Below, in pieces: positions 18,876 to 28,002 of a stretch of 64,000 bases of DNA. The DNA comes from Minisyncoccota bacterium (GTDB lineage: Bacteria > Patescibacteriota > Microgenomatia > UBA1400 > UBA12028), in assembly GCA_016211945.1 (NCBI GenBank), contig JACRHV010000004.1:66649-130648 (forward strand). Direction: 5' to 3'. The notes beneath the pieces were generated by a model that searched no databases, was not told the DNA's origin, and saw only the letters and a program-made list of their open reading frames with translations. Made by a program: the position numbers and the translations under genes. Every line of letters starts with the position of its first letter. The first letter of the stretch is position 1.

Positions 18876-19844
18876 ATGACAATACTCGTTACGGGTGCTG
18901 CTGGTTTTATCGGTTTTCACACATGTTCTCGTCTTTTAAGCGAGAATATTTCGGTGATTGGCATAGATAGTTTTGATCCATATTACTCACTCGCAATAAA
19001 ACATGCCCACATAGACGCATTAAAAAAGTCATCTCTTTTTTCTTTTTACTTATGCGATATACGTTCAAAAGAATTTTCATCACTCATACGCCAAACCAAA
19101 CCAGATATTATTATACATTTAGCTGCAAAGGCTGGCGTGCGAAACAGTTTTCTCTATCCATTTGAATACTTTGATGTAAATGTACACGGAACAATGCTTG
19201 TGTTGCAGGCAGCAAAAACAGCAAGTATTCCCAGAGTACTCATCGCTTCAAGTTCTTCAGTATATGGAACAAATAAAAAAATTCCGTTTCACGAAAACGA
19301 TGTTGTTGAACATCAAGTTTCCCCGTATGCAGCAAGCAAACGTGCAATGGAAATAGTAACAAAATCATTTGCCAAATCAACAGGAATTCATGTTCAGCTT
19401 TTCCGTTTTTTTACTGTCTATGGTCCATCTGGCCGTCCTGATATGGCTCCATACCTTTTTACAAAAGCTATTGATGCTGAACAACCTCTCACCATCTTTG
19501 GTGATATGACAACAAAACGAGATTACACATATATTGATGATATTACTGAAGGCTTACTATCGGCAACTAAACGTGATGATGTATTTGAAATCTATAATTT
19601 GGGGAATAACAAGCCCGTTACATTGAAAACGTTCATACATACCATTGAAAAAGTTGTTGGGAAAAAAGCTAAATTACATAGAGTTCCCAAACAAAAAGGC
19701 GATGTACCATATACTTGGGCTGATATTTCAAAAGCACAGAAATTTTTAAGGTTTTCTCCTCAAACAAGTTTATTCAATGGTCTTACAAAGTTTTATTCAT
19801 GGTATAAAACAAACTCACATTTTTATACAACACAACTAGATTAA
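18876..19844 (+). CDS. NAD-dependent epimerase, UDP-glucuronate 4-epimerase (CapI/Cap1J/GlaKP)-like
   Basis: MTILVTGAAGFIGFHTCSRLL...IGIDSFDPYYSLAIKHAHIDAL...IHLAAKAGVRNS...YAASKRAME. Confidence 0.7.
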   Translation: MTILVTGAAGFIGFHTCSRLLSENISVIGIDSFDPYYSLAIKHAHIDALKKSSLFSFYLCDIRSKEFSSLIRQTKPDIIIHLAAKAGVRNSFLYPFEYFDVNVHGTMLVLQAAKTASIPRVLIASSSSVYGTNKKIPFHENDVVEHQVSPYAASKRAMEIVTKSFAKSTGIHVQLFRFFTVYGPSGRPDMAPYLFTKAIDAEQPLTIFGDMTTKRDYTYIDDITEGLLSATKRDDVFEIYNLGNNKPVTLKTFIHTIEKVVGKKAKLHRVPKQKGDVPYTWADISKAQKFLRFSPQTSLFNGLTKFYSWYKTNSHFYTTQLD

Positions 19845-19856
19845 GGAAACACGTAT

Positions 19857-21701
19857 ATGTGTGGAATTGCAGGAAAAATCATTATTGGAGATACACCAAA
19901 AAAAGAAGACATTAGTCAAATGCTTGAGACTATTGCACATCGTGGTCCTGATGATATAGGAATATCAATAGTAGGGCCAGCAGGATTAGGGCACCGCCGA
20001 CTTGCAATTATCGATCTCTCACCCAAGGGACACCAACCAATGTCATATGCAAACGGAAGATACAACATTACATTTAATGGTGAAATATACAATTATCAAT
20101 CACTTCGAAATCTTCTTTCCCAAAAAGGATATACATTTACTTCAACGTCTGATACTGAAGTAATTCTCGCAATGTATCAGGAATTTGGTATGAAATGTCT
20201 TCACTATTTTAATGGCATGTTCGCATTTGCCCTCTATGATAAAAAAGAGAATACACTTTTTGCAGCACGCGATAGACTCGGAGAAAAGCCTTTCAAATAT
20301 TTTTTCGATGGAAAAACATTTATTTTTGCTTCTGAATTAAAGGCAATTCTTACACAAACAGAAGTTTCATGTAAACACGACATACAAGCAATTAAAGAAT
20401 ATCTTTATTGGGGATTTGTTCCTTCACCTAAGACGGGATATAAAGATATTAATAAGCTTCCCGCGGCACATTATTTATTGTTCAAAAATGGAAAAGTGAT
20501 TACAAAAAGATATTGGGACTTCTCAAACACTATAAATACATTCCGAACAGAAAAAGAGACAAAAGAAACACTACGTGAACTTTTATATGAAAGCGTTCGA
20601 CTTCGAATGATCTCAGATGTTCCAATTGGTTCTTTTCTCTCTGGAGGAATCGATTCGTGTGTTGTGACGGGAATCATGAGTGAATTATCAAAAAAACAAG
20701 TTCGCACTTACACAATTGGAATCGAAGGATGGAGTAGTGATGAAGCTTCCTTAGCTAAAATTAGTGCAAAATATCACAATACAAAACATAAACTTTTATA
20801 TGTAAAACCGAACATTTCAAAACTTATACCACTTCTTGCTAAAGCATACGAAGAACCATTCGGTGATTCGTCAGCTATACCAAGTTATTATGTAAGTCAA
20901 GCAACGCGAAAACACGTAACTGTCGCATTAAATGGCGATGGAGGAGATGAAAACTTTTGTGGATATAGCAACTATACAACACTTATTACACAAGATAAAT
21001 TACAATACACAAAACCAATCGCTACACTTGCTTACGCAATACTTTCCCCATTTAAGGCAAGTTTATGGAAATATGGAGCATATCAACGGGCATTACGCAT
21101 TTCTGATCTATTAAAAGATGATGTACTCACAGGATATGCAAGGCACGCACGATCATATCTTAACCTCATATCATTCTCTGATCTTTTTCATGAATCTGCA
21201 CCAACTGAAATCAACCTTTTTACACAATACCTTCCAAAAGAGAAAAAAGACCTTATATCCTCTGTGACATGGGCAGATTTGCATAATGTACTACCAGATG
21301 GTTTGATGCCCAAAATGGATATTGCCTCTATGCAGCACTCATTAGAAACTCGCGCACCCTTGCTCGATCATCAATTAGTTGAATTTGCTGCAACTATACC
21401 AACAGAGCTAAAATACAAAAATGGTCAAACAAAGTGGATATTTAAAGAAACATTCAAAAAACTTATTCCATTAGAAATATTAAAAAGCCCTAAGCGAGGA
21501 TTCGTCATGCCTATGGGTGATTGGTTAAGGCATGAACTTCGACCCCTCCTTGAGATCTCATTACAAGATCCAAAACATCAAATCTATTCCATTCTTCGCT
21601 ATGATACCGTACAAAAAATGATGAAATATCATATGGAAATTCAGATTGATTACACTCCATACCTTTGGAGGATACTTATGCTCTCACTTTGGATGAACTA
21701 A
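19857..21701 (+). CDS. asparagine synthase (glutamine-hydrolysing) family amidotransferase, AsnB/WbpS-like
   Basis: 614 aa. N-terminal MCGIAGKI (Ntn Cys2) and the PP-loop SGGIDSCVV. An AAGGA sits ahead of the start. Confidence 0.85.
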   Translation: MCGIAGKIIIGDTPKKEDISQMLETIAHRGPDDIGISIVGPAGLGHRRLAIIDLSPKGHQPMSYANGRYNITFNGEIYNYQSLRNLLSQKGYTFTSTSDTEVILAMYQEFGMKCLHYFNGMFAFALYDKKENTLFAARDRLGEKPFKYFFDGKTFIFASELKAILTQTEVSCKHDIQAIKEYLYWGFVPSPKTGYKDINKLPAAHYLLFKNGKVITKRYWDFSNTINTFRTEKETKETLRELLYESVRLRMISDVPIGSFLSGGIDSCVVTGIMSELSKKQVRTYTIGIEGWSSDEASLAKISAKYHNTKHKLLYVKPNISKLIPLLAKAYEEPFGDSSAIPSYYVSQATRKHVTVALNGDGGDENFCGYSNYTTLITQDKLQYTKPIATLAYAILSPFKASLWKYGAYQRALRISDLLKDDVLTGYARHARSYLNLISFSDLFHESAPTEINLFTQYLPKEKKDLISSVTWADLHNVLPDGLMPKMDIASMQHSLETRAPLLDHQLVEFAATIPTELKYKNGQTKWIFKETFKKLIPLEILKSPKRGFVMPMGDWLRHELRPLLEISLQDPKHQIYSILRYDTVQKMMKYHMEIQIDYTPYLWRILMLSLWMN

Positions 21702-22545
21702 ATTTCATGTTGGTTCTCTTCAAAATATACACTTCATAACATAAAAAGGCATAGTACAACGCTTGATAAAATGCATATTTCCATAGCGAGAATTTTTCAG
21801 TAGGAAATGAAAGTTTTAGAGATCCTAAAAAGAAGTATATAAAAATAAACGGAGCAATAAGTAAATCATAATGAGCAATCCATTCAATATGTTTTGGTTT
21901 TTGCTTTTTATAATATTGATATCGAGGTATTGCAGAGATAGGAGTAAGCACCTGTTTTGCGTGTAATCGTAGCCAATGCATCCATTTTGTTCGAAAAGCA
22001 CTCAATGTAACATTATTGTATGCAGGCTTATGCTCAAGCTGTAATGGCACATCTAGAGATGTCCCATGTATAGTCCAATCTGGATGCAAAATTGCGAGAA
22101 ATTGTAATGAAGTTTTCTTTACTACTCCAATTCTATGTGGCCATTGATGTGTATAATATTTTTTTCCATCCCAAAATCTCCACAAAAACATATAGCCATC
22201 TGCATTTCCGGAATTTACTAGTTTACGCAAATTTTTTCGAAGTTTATTACTCAGATATTCATCAGCATCTAATATCAAAATCCAATTACCTCGAGCTTTT
22301 TTGAATGTAGTTATTCTGTGCGGTTCTGGATAACCGCATGTTTTACCAATCCATATTTTATTTGTATATTTTCTTGCTATTTTTAGTGTTTTATCTGTAC
22401 AAGGTCCATCATGAACAATAATTATTTCATCAACCACGCCAATTACACTTTTTAAACACCGTCCAATTTGTTCCTGATCATTATGAACAACAAGACAGGC
22501 TGATATACTATTTTTTATAGAAGATTCGAATGTTTTTACAGACAT
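21676..22545 (-). CDS. family 2 glycosyltransferase with a C-terminal membrane segment
   Basis: ACLVVHNDQEQIGRCLKSVIGVVDEIIIVHDGPCTDKT...ILDADEY, with a hydrophobic C-terminus. Start placed at MSVKTFES. Its 3' end overlaps the convergent asnB-like gene by 26 nt. Confidence 0.7.
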   Translation of the reverse strand: MSVKTFESSIKNSISACLVVHNDQEQIGRCLKSVIGVVDEIIIVHDGPCTDKTLKIARKYTNKIWIGKTCGYPEPHRITTFKKARGNWILILDADEYLSNKLRKNLRKLVNSGNADGYMFLWRFWDGKKYYTHQWPHRIGVVKKTSLQFLAILHPDWTIHGTSLDVPLQLEHKPAYNNVTLSAFRTKWMHWLRLHAKQVLTPISAIPRYQYYKKQKPKHIEWIAHYDLLIAPFIFIYFFLGSLKLSFPTEKFSLWKYAFYQALYYAFLCYEVYILKRTNMKFSSSKVRA

Positions 22546-23617
22546 ATTCAACCTGACTTTGTGTAATTGTGGCGAACATTGGTAAAGATAAAATTTCACT
22601 TACCGTTAATTCTGCAGAAAAAAATTGATTATTCTTTCCATACAACTTTTCAAATGCTACTGTTTTATGTAGTGGAACTGGATAGTGAATTCCTGTATCA
22701 ATACCTCTATCATGAAGATATTGAATGAGTTCATCTCGATTTTTTACATGAACAACAAAAAGATGATAAACGTGTGAACCATCAAGCTTTGGCACTTGAA
22801 ATTTTACTTCTTTTATACCCCTCAATCCTTTTGCATACCATTGCACAGCTTTGAGTCTCGCTTTATTTTGATACGATAGTAACGGCAATTTTTTACGCAA
22901 AAAAACAGCTTGCATTTCACTTGCACGTAAATTCATGCCTACTATGTCGTGAAAGTACTTAATACGAGATCCATGCCCTCTATACAAACGCATATATTGA
23001 TCAAGAATAGTATTGTCTGTAACAACAGCACCCGCTTCACCGAGTGCACCAAGATTTTTTCCAGGATAAAAACTATAACACGCTACGTCACCTTCAACTT
23101 TAGATTTACCTCCAACAATCGCACCATGTGCCTGACATGCATCTTCAACAATAGCCGATGATGATTTTTTTTTCTTCAATATTTTTTTAATTTCCATAAT
23201 ATTGACTCGTTGACCATACAGATGAACTGGAATAATGGCGACCGTTTTTTTGCTTATTTTCTTTGCTGTATCTTCAAGATCCATAAGAAAAGTCTCTTTA
23301 TTAATATCCACAAAAATAGGTTTTAAACCGCAAAGAACCGCAGCTTCAGCTGTAGCAATAAAAGTATTTACTGGAATAATAACCTCTCCTCCTCTTGGTA
23401 AGTGCAGTGCAGATAAAGCTACAAAAAGCGCGCTCGTCCCATTATTCACAAGCAATGCGTGTTTGGCTCCACAATATGAAGCAAAATCCTGCTCGAAAAG
23501 TTCAGTTTCTTTTCCTGCTACAAATGAGTTTGTACGAATAATTCGTTTAAATTCTGAAATAAATACTTTTTCGAGAGGTTTATGGATACTGTATAAGTCA
23601 ACAAATGGTACCTTCAT
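22508..23617 (-). CDS. DegT/DnrJ/EryC1/StrS-family PLP-dependent sugar aminotransferase (WbpE/ArnB-like)
   Basis: 369 aa, DegT-family fold: FVDLYSIHKPLEKVFISEFKRIIRTNSFVAGKETELFEQDFASYCGAKHALLVNNGTSALFVAL. Confidence 0.85.
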   Translation of the reverse strand: MKVPFVDLYSIHKPLEKVFISEFKRIIRTNSFVAGKETELFEQDFASYCGAKHALLVNNGTSALFVALSALHLPRGGEVIIPVNTFIATAEAAVLCGLKPIFVDINKETFLMDLEDTAKKISKKTVAIIPVHLYGQRVNIMEIKKILKKKKSSSAIVEDACQAHGAIVGGKSKVEGDVACYSFYPGKNLGALGEAGAVVTDNTILDQYMRLYRGHGSRIKYFHDIVGMNLRASEMQAVFLRKKLPLLSYQNKARLKAVQWYAKGLRGIKEVKFQVPKLDGSHVYHLFVVHVKNRDELIQYLHDRGIDTGIHYPVPLHKTVAFEKLYGKNNQFFSAELTVSEILSLPMFATITQSQVEYVCKNIRIFYKK

Positions 23618-24075
23618 GTTTTTTCCCTTTTGAGATCTTTTGCAGGATTACCAATGACTGTTGTGTGTGCGCGTACATTCTTTGTCACAACAGCCCCCGC
23701 CCCAATTGTAGCTCCCTCACCTATCTCTATTCCAGGTAAGATTACTGCCCCACTACCAATTGAGGCTCCCTTCCGCACAAAAGTGTGCTCCATAACATAA
23801 TCATTTCCAGATTTTAGTGAGCCATTTGCATTACAGGCATGTGGGTACTTGTCATTTGTAAACATTACTCCGTGACCAATAAATACCTCATCTTCAATTT
23901 GAACACCAGAACAAATAAAAGTATGACTACTGATTTTACATTTCGATCCTATTTTTACCATTGATTGAATTTCAACAAATGCTCCAATCTTCGTCATATC
24001 TCCAATTTCTGCACCATAAACATTCACTGGCTCATATATCTCCACTTTTTCACCCAAGATAGTACCTTTAACCAC
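23614..24075 (-). CDS. hexapeptide-repeat N-acetyltransferase acting on an amino sugar (WbpD/QdtC/PglD-like)
   Basis: 153 aa, left-handed beta-helix repeats: IGAFVEIQSMVKIGSKCKISSHTFICSGVQIEDEVFIGHGV, IGSGAVILPGIEIGEGATIGAGAVVTKNV. Confidence 0.8.
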   Translation of the reverse strand: MVKGTILGEKVEIYEPVNVYGAEIGDMTKIGAFVEIQSMVKIGSKCKISSHTFICSGVQIEDEVFIGHGVMFTNDKYPHACNANGSLKSGNDYVMEHTFVRKGASIGSGAVILPGIEIGEGATIGAGAVVTKNVRAHTTVIGNPAKDLKREKT

Positions 24076-25066
24076 GCGCCCTCCTCAGCAATTTCTGTGT
24101 TTTAGATAATAGTCGGACAACTCGAAGACCTGCATCTCCATCATTAAGCGCCTCTTTTTTGCCACGGATTGTATCAATACATGCCTGCACAACATTTGTT
24201 AGAGTTTCTGTTTGATCAATCTTTGGTATCACGATATCTCCAGATCGATACTGAGGTTGAAACGGATTCTCTGCCGTCTTGAGTATCGAGACACCTTTAT
24301 CATACACTCTGATTTTTTCACTAGGCTCAGTATCATCGTAACGTATCATTGCTTTTTCGCCCACCAGCATGATTTGACGAACTTTTAATGGAGAAAGCCA
24401 GGACAAAGTAATATTTGCAACAAAACCTTTCGGATATCGAAGGTGAATATGTGCCAATTCCTCCTGTTTTTTTCCAATATGTGTTGATCCTGATACTTGT
24501 ATAGAAATTGGCTGCTTTCCGCCACACAGATAGTCTAAAATGGAAAAGTCATGAGGGGCTAAATCTGTTATTACGTTCGTTTTTAATTGGATGAGCCCCA
24601 TATTGAGTCGCAATGAGTCATAATAATATAACTTTCCTAATTCATCTGAATCTATTAATTCTTTCATCTTTTGTACTGCTGATGAAAATATGAAGGGGTG
24701 GTCTACAAATAATTTTAATTTTTTCTTCCTTGCTAAGGCTACAATTTTCTCTGCTTGTTCCACAGTTTCAGTCATCGGTTTTTCAACAAAAACGTGTTTT
24801 CCTGCTAATAAACATTGCCGAACAATCTCGTAATGAAAAGGTGTTGGCACCGCAACAACGATGACTTGTATTGTTGGGTCCTGGAGTAAATCGATATGAT
24901 TTTTCGTAATTTGAATAGTTGGATATTGTTTTTTCACCTTATCGAGGTTTTTTTGAATAAGATCACAAACCCACACAGTTTCAATTTCAGCGTGTGCATA
25001 AAAATTACGTAGGAGATTTGGTCCCCAATATCCGTAACCAATAAAGCCAATTCTTATCTTATCCAT
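24068..25066 (-). CDS. Gfo/Idh/MocA-family NAD-dependent oxidoreductase (WbpB-like UDP-sugar 3-dehydrogenase)
   Basis: N-terminal Rossmann motif IRIGFIGYGYWGPNLLRNF. 332 aa. It sits immediately upstream of the acetyltransferase and aminotransferase. Confidence 0.8.
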   Translation of the reverse strand: MDKIRIGFIGYGYWGPNLLRNFYAHAEIETVWVCDLIQKNLDKVKKQYPTIQITKNHIDLLQDPTIQVIVVAVPTPFHYEIVRQCLLAGKHVFVEKPMTETVEQAEKIVALARKKKLKLFVDHPFIFSSAVQKMKELIDSDELGKLYYYDSLRLNMGLIQLKTNVITDLAPHDFSILDYLCGGKQPISIQVSGSTHIGKKQEELAHIHLRYPKGFVANITLSWLSPLKVRQIMLVGEKAMIRYDDTEPSEKIRVYDKGVSILKTAENPFQPQYRSGDIVIPKIDQTETLTNVVQACIDTIRGKKEALNDGDAGLRVVRLLSKTQKLLRRARG

Positions 25067-26369
25067 TCCATGTCCTATATTCTATATAATCAATAATACG
25101 TTTAAACGTACGAAAAAACATTACGATCCTAGAATCTCTTGATACTTTATGGAATTTAATAAAATTATCATACCATAACGAAAAGGTTTTCAAATCGCTT
25201 TTTTTTACATGAATCCGAGTAAATTTATATGGAAGATTGAGTACCATTTTTATCAATTCCTCAAATTCCCTTACTACTATCCTTGATTCTATTGTTCGTA
25301 ATACTTTAGTTCTAGCATGTGATCCCCATTTTTCCCTTAAAGTTGGCTTTGCCGCTAATAATTCCAGTATTGACGTCCATTCACCATTTGTTTGTGCAAT
25401 ATAGCCATTTTCTTGATGATCGACTTGTTCAATTTGACCATTATCACAATGAGGTGAAGAGTTTGTAATTATAGGTTTTCTCCAAAACATACACTCATTT
25501 ATTGCATTACTGCATCCTTCTCCTATTTTGACTGCATGCCCAACGATATCTACGCATTGGATATATTCCATTAATATTTTGTCATTTTTTGTAGGCATGA
25601 GTACGCGTATAGTTTTCTGTAATTTGGGGAAGATAAATTGTAATATTCCTAAAATAAAACGCCGAGAACGCGGCATTCCTATGATGAGAAATTTTATTCT
25701 AGGGTGATAACGTAACTTAATCAATGAAATAAAAAGTAAGTCTCCCCATTTCACAATATCGTTTCTCCCAAATCTTCCCACAACACAATCTTTTCGAGAA
25801 AAACCTAATGATTTTCGAAGTAAACTTCTCTTATAAAGAGAAATCTGAAATTGATGGAAATATGAGGAATTTACAGGATTTGGAAGGATTGCATATTTAT
25901 GATCGGGAAATTGATGATCTCTAGGACATGATTTTTTGAATTTGATTTCAAACATCATTTTTGTTTGAAAAAGTGTGAGGTCAAATATATAATCCATTTT
26001 TTCGTCATAATACGAAAATACGTTATTTCCGATCAATTTTATTCCAGATTTTTTCAGCTTAGAAAGTAACTCCCATAGCAAAGGGTCAAACTGTCCGTCA
26101 TACCAGGTATATAAAACTGTTACTTTTTGCCTTTTGGCAAATAATGCAATTTGTTCTAGATCAGAAGTGACTATTCTTGGTGTTTTTCTTCTTATAACCT
26201 CGTCAATATTTCGAACAACAGACTCAGACATAACCGCAATTACTACTCTAAATTTTGATCTGTCCAGGTAATCGCAATACGATTTAATTCTTCTTGCTCC
26301 TCCACCAAGATCAAGGTGAGGAAGAAGTAAAAGTATTGTTTGTGTTTTCATAAGATCTGCGTATGACAC
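25059..26369 (-). CDS. GT-B fold glycosyltransferase (GT4-like), divergent
   Basis: 436 aa. C-terminal region GEGCSNAINECMFWRKPIITNSSPHCDNGQIEQVDHQENGY resembles the GT4 E-X7-E nucleotide-sugar pocket. The N-terminus LLLPHLDLGGGARRI is like GT-B glycine-rich loops. Confidence 0.55.
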   Translation of the reverse strand: MSYADLMKTQTILLLLPHLDLGGGARRIKSYCDYLDRSKFRVVIAVMSESVVRNIDEVIRRKTPRIVTSDLEQIALFAKRQKVTVLYTWYDGQFDPLLWELLSKLKKSGIKLIGNNVFSYYDEKMDYIFDLTLFQTKMMFEIKFKKSCPRDHQFPDHKYAILPNPVNSSYFHQFQISLYKRSLLRKSLGFSRKDCVVGRFGRNDIVKWGDLLFISLIKLRYHPRIKFLIIGMPRSRRFILGILQFIFPKLQKTIRVLMPTKNDKILMEYIQCVDIVGHAVKIGEGCSNAINECMFWRKPIITNSSPHCDNGQIEQVDHQENGYIAQTNGEWTSILELLAAKPTLREKWGSHARTKVLRTIESRIVVREFEELIKMVLNLPYKFTRIHVKKSDLKTFSLWYDNFIKFHKVSRDSRIVMFFRTFKRIIDYIEYRTWNG

Positions 26370-26466
26370 TCTTCAATAAGTAGACTAGTAAATTCATACT
26401 GTACACGAATTTATTAACATAAGAAACACTTGATTTATCATACTTAATATCTAATTCTCAGCTCAA

Positions 26467-26501
26467 TGATTTTCCCCGCGGCAGAGCCACGGGGAAAATC
26501 A
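26467..26501. repeat. GC-rich perfect 11-bp inverted repeat (gattttccccg / cggggaaaatc) with a 5-nt loop, forming a 12-15 bp stem, in a divergent promoter region
   Basis: Read directly: 26468-26478 gattttccccg, 26490-26500 cggggaaaatc, which is its exact reverse complement. Extra flanking pairs at 26467/26501 and 26480-81/26487-88. The surrounding DNA is AT-rich. No T-tract follows, so it is not a typical intrinsic terminator. Confidence 0.45.
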
Positions 26502-26545
26502 AGTTATATGAAATAAGCGATAAGTAACAAAAGTGCTATTTGAGA

Positions 26546-26553
26546 TGTATAAT
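26546..26553 (+). promoter_or_regulatory. putative sigma70-type -10 element (TGTATAAT) about 50 nt upstream of the wzx-like gene
   Basis: Sequence atgTATAATgtg at 26548-26553. No convincing -35 element or Shine-Dalgarno was seen. Confidence 0.25.
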
Positions 26554-26604
26554 GTGAACGTATAACACAATATTTATCAAGATATATTTAGTTTTTAAAC
26601 TTAC

Positions 26605-28002
26605 ATGCACAATTCAATACTTAAGAATATATCTTGGCAAACGTTATACCAATTTTTAGCAAGTGGTTTAGGTTTATTATTCAACATTATTTTAGCTAGA
26701 ACAATTTCTCAGTTTGAGTTTGGTACATTCAATTACATCATATCCATCCTTTCAATTTCCACACTTTTTCTTGAACTGGGGATACCCACTTATTTTTGGA
26801 GAAAATGGAGCACCGATATTTCGAAAATAAATCAGGATATAAGTTCATATTTAGTCGGTAGAGTCGGTATTGCTATACCAATTAGTTTTTTTCTTTTCTT
26901 TTATGTTTTTTTCATTGATCGATTTGTAAGCTTAGAATTTTTACTAGCCTACATTTATTTTTTACTTGACATTTTTGTACAACCAACACGACTTTTCTTT
27001 TCATCTCAAAATAAATATCACAAAACATTTATTATCGATGGTTTAGAAAGGTGCATATCATTAGGTTTAGGCATCTTATTGCTCATTTTGCATTATCCTT
27101 TACGAAAAGTATTTTTAGGATTCATATTTGGACGATTGACCTCAATTCTTTTGTGCTATGTTTTAAATAAAAATGTTCGATCATTATCTTTTTCCTTTAA
27201 GGGAATTCGTAATATCATTCATCTTTCCATACCACTCTTTATGATTGGGATATTTTCTACTTTGTATTTCCGCATCGATACACTTATGATTCGGTACCTC
27301 CTCGGTATGCAGGACGTTGCCATATATATGGCCGCATACAGACTCCTAGATGGAGGAGCTCTTATACCTGGAATTCTTACTACTGCAACAATGCCATTAA
27401 TTGTAAAACTCTATCATGACAAGGAAAAAAAGAAATTAACTCTTCTATTTCATAACATGATGATAGTATTGGCAATTCCAGCGCTATATATTGCATCAGT
27501 TTGTTTACTTTTTGCTCCAAATATTATTCCATTAATCTTTGGTCCAGAATTTAATAGTTCTATTCAAATCTTACGAGTACTTGGCTTAAGTTCAGTACTA
27601 TTATTCCTCACATACCCACTTACCCATTTTATGGTCGCAAATAAACAGGAGACTTACTATGTGAAGGTGCTGGTATTACTTACAGTAACCAACATTGTGT
27701 TTAACATTCTACTAATTCCGAAGATTGGCATACTTGGATCGGCATTAGCAACACTTTTGTGTGAACTTTTATCATTAATTTTTTTGTACCATAAAGTTCA
27801 GATTAAAATTCCAATCAAGATATTTTTAAAACTATTTTTCTCCATTTTTATTGCAACACTCATAACACTTATGCTTCCATTTCCATGGTATATCAATATT
27901 TTTTGCTTGGGTATTTTGTATTGTTGTATACTATTAATAGTAAAAATAGTAACTATACAAGAAGTTTTTTTGTACTTACGCGGAATATTAGTCAATGATT
28001 AA
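26605..28002 (+). CDS. polysaccharide biosynthesis protein, Wzx-type flippase (MOP superfamily)
   Basis: 465 aa with about 12-14 TM helices. N-terminus ILKNISWQTLYQFLASGLGLLFNIILARTISQFEFGTFNYIISILS is characteristic of Wzx/RfbX. Confidence 0.8.
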   Translation: MHNSILKNISWQTLYQFLASGLGLLFNIILARTISQFEFGTFNYIISILSISTLFLELGIPTYFWRKWSTDISKINQDISSYLVGRVGIAIPISFFLFFYVFFIDRFVSLEFLLAYIYFLLDIFVQPTRLFFSSQNKYHKTFIIDGLERCISLGLGILLLILHYPLRKVFLGFIFGRLTSILLCYVLNKNVRSLSFSFKGIRNIIHLSIPLFMIGIFSTLYFRIDTLMIRYLLGMQDVAIYMAAYRLLDGGALIPGILTTATMPLIVKLYHDKEKKKLTLLFHNMMIVLAIPALYIASVCLLFAPNIIPLIFGPEFNSSIQILRVLGLSSVLLFLTYPLTHFMVANKQETYYVKVLVLLTVTNIVFNILLIPKIGILGSALATLLCELLSLIFLYHKVQIKIPIKIFLKLFFSIFIATLITLMLPFPWYINIFCLGILYCCILLIVKIVTIQEVFLYLRGILVND

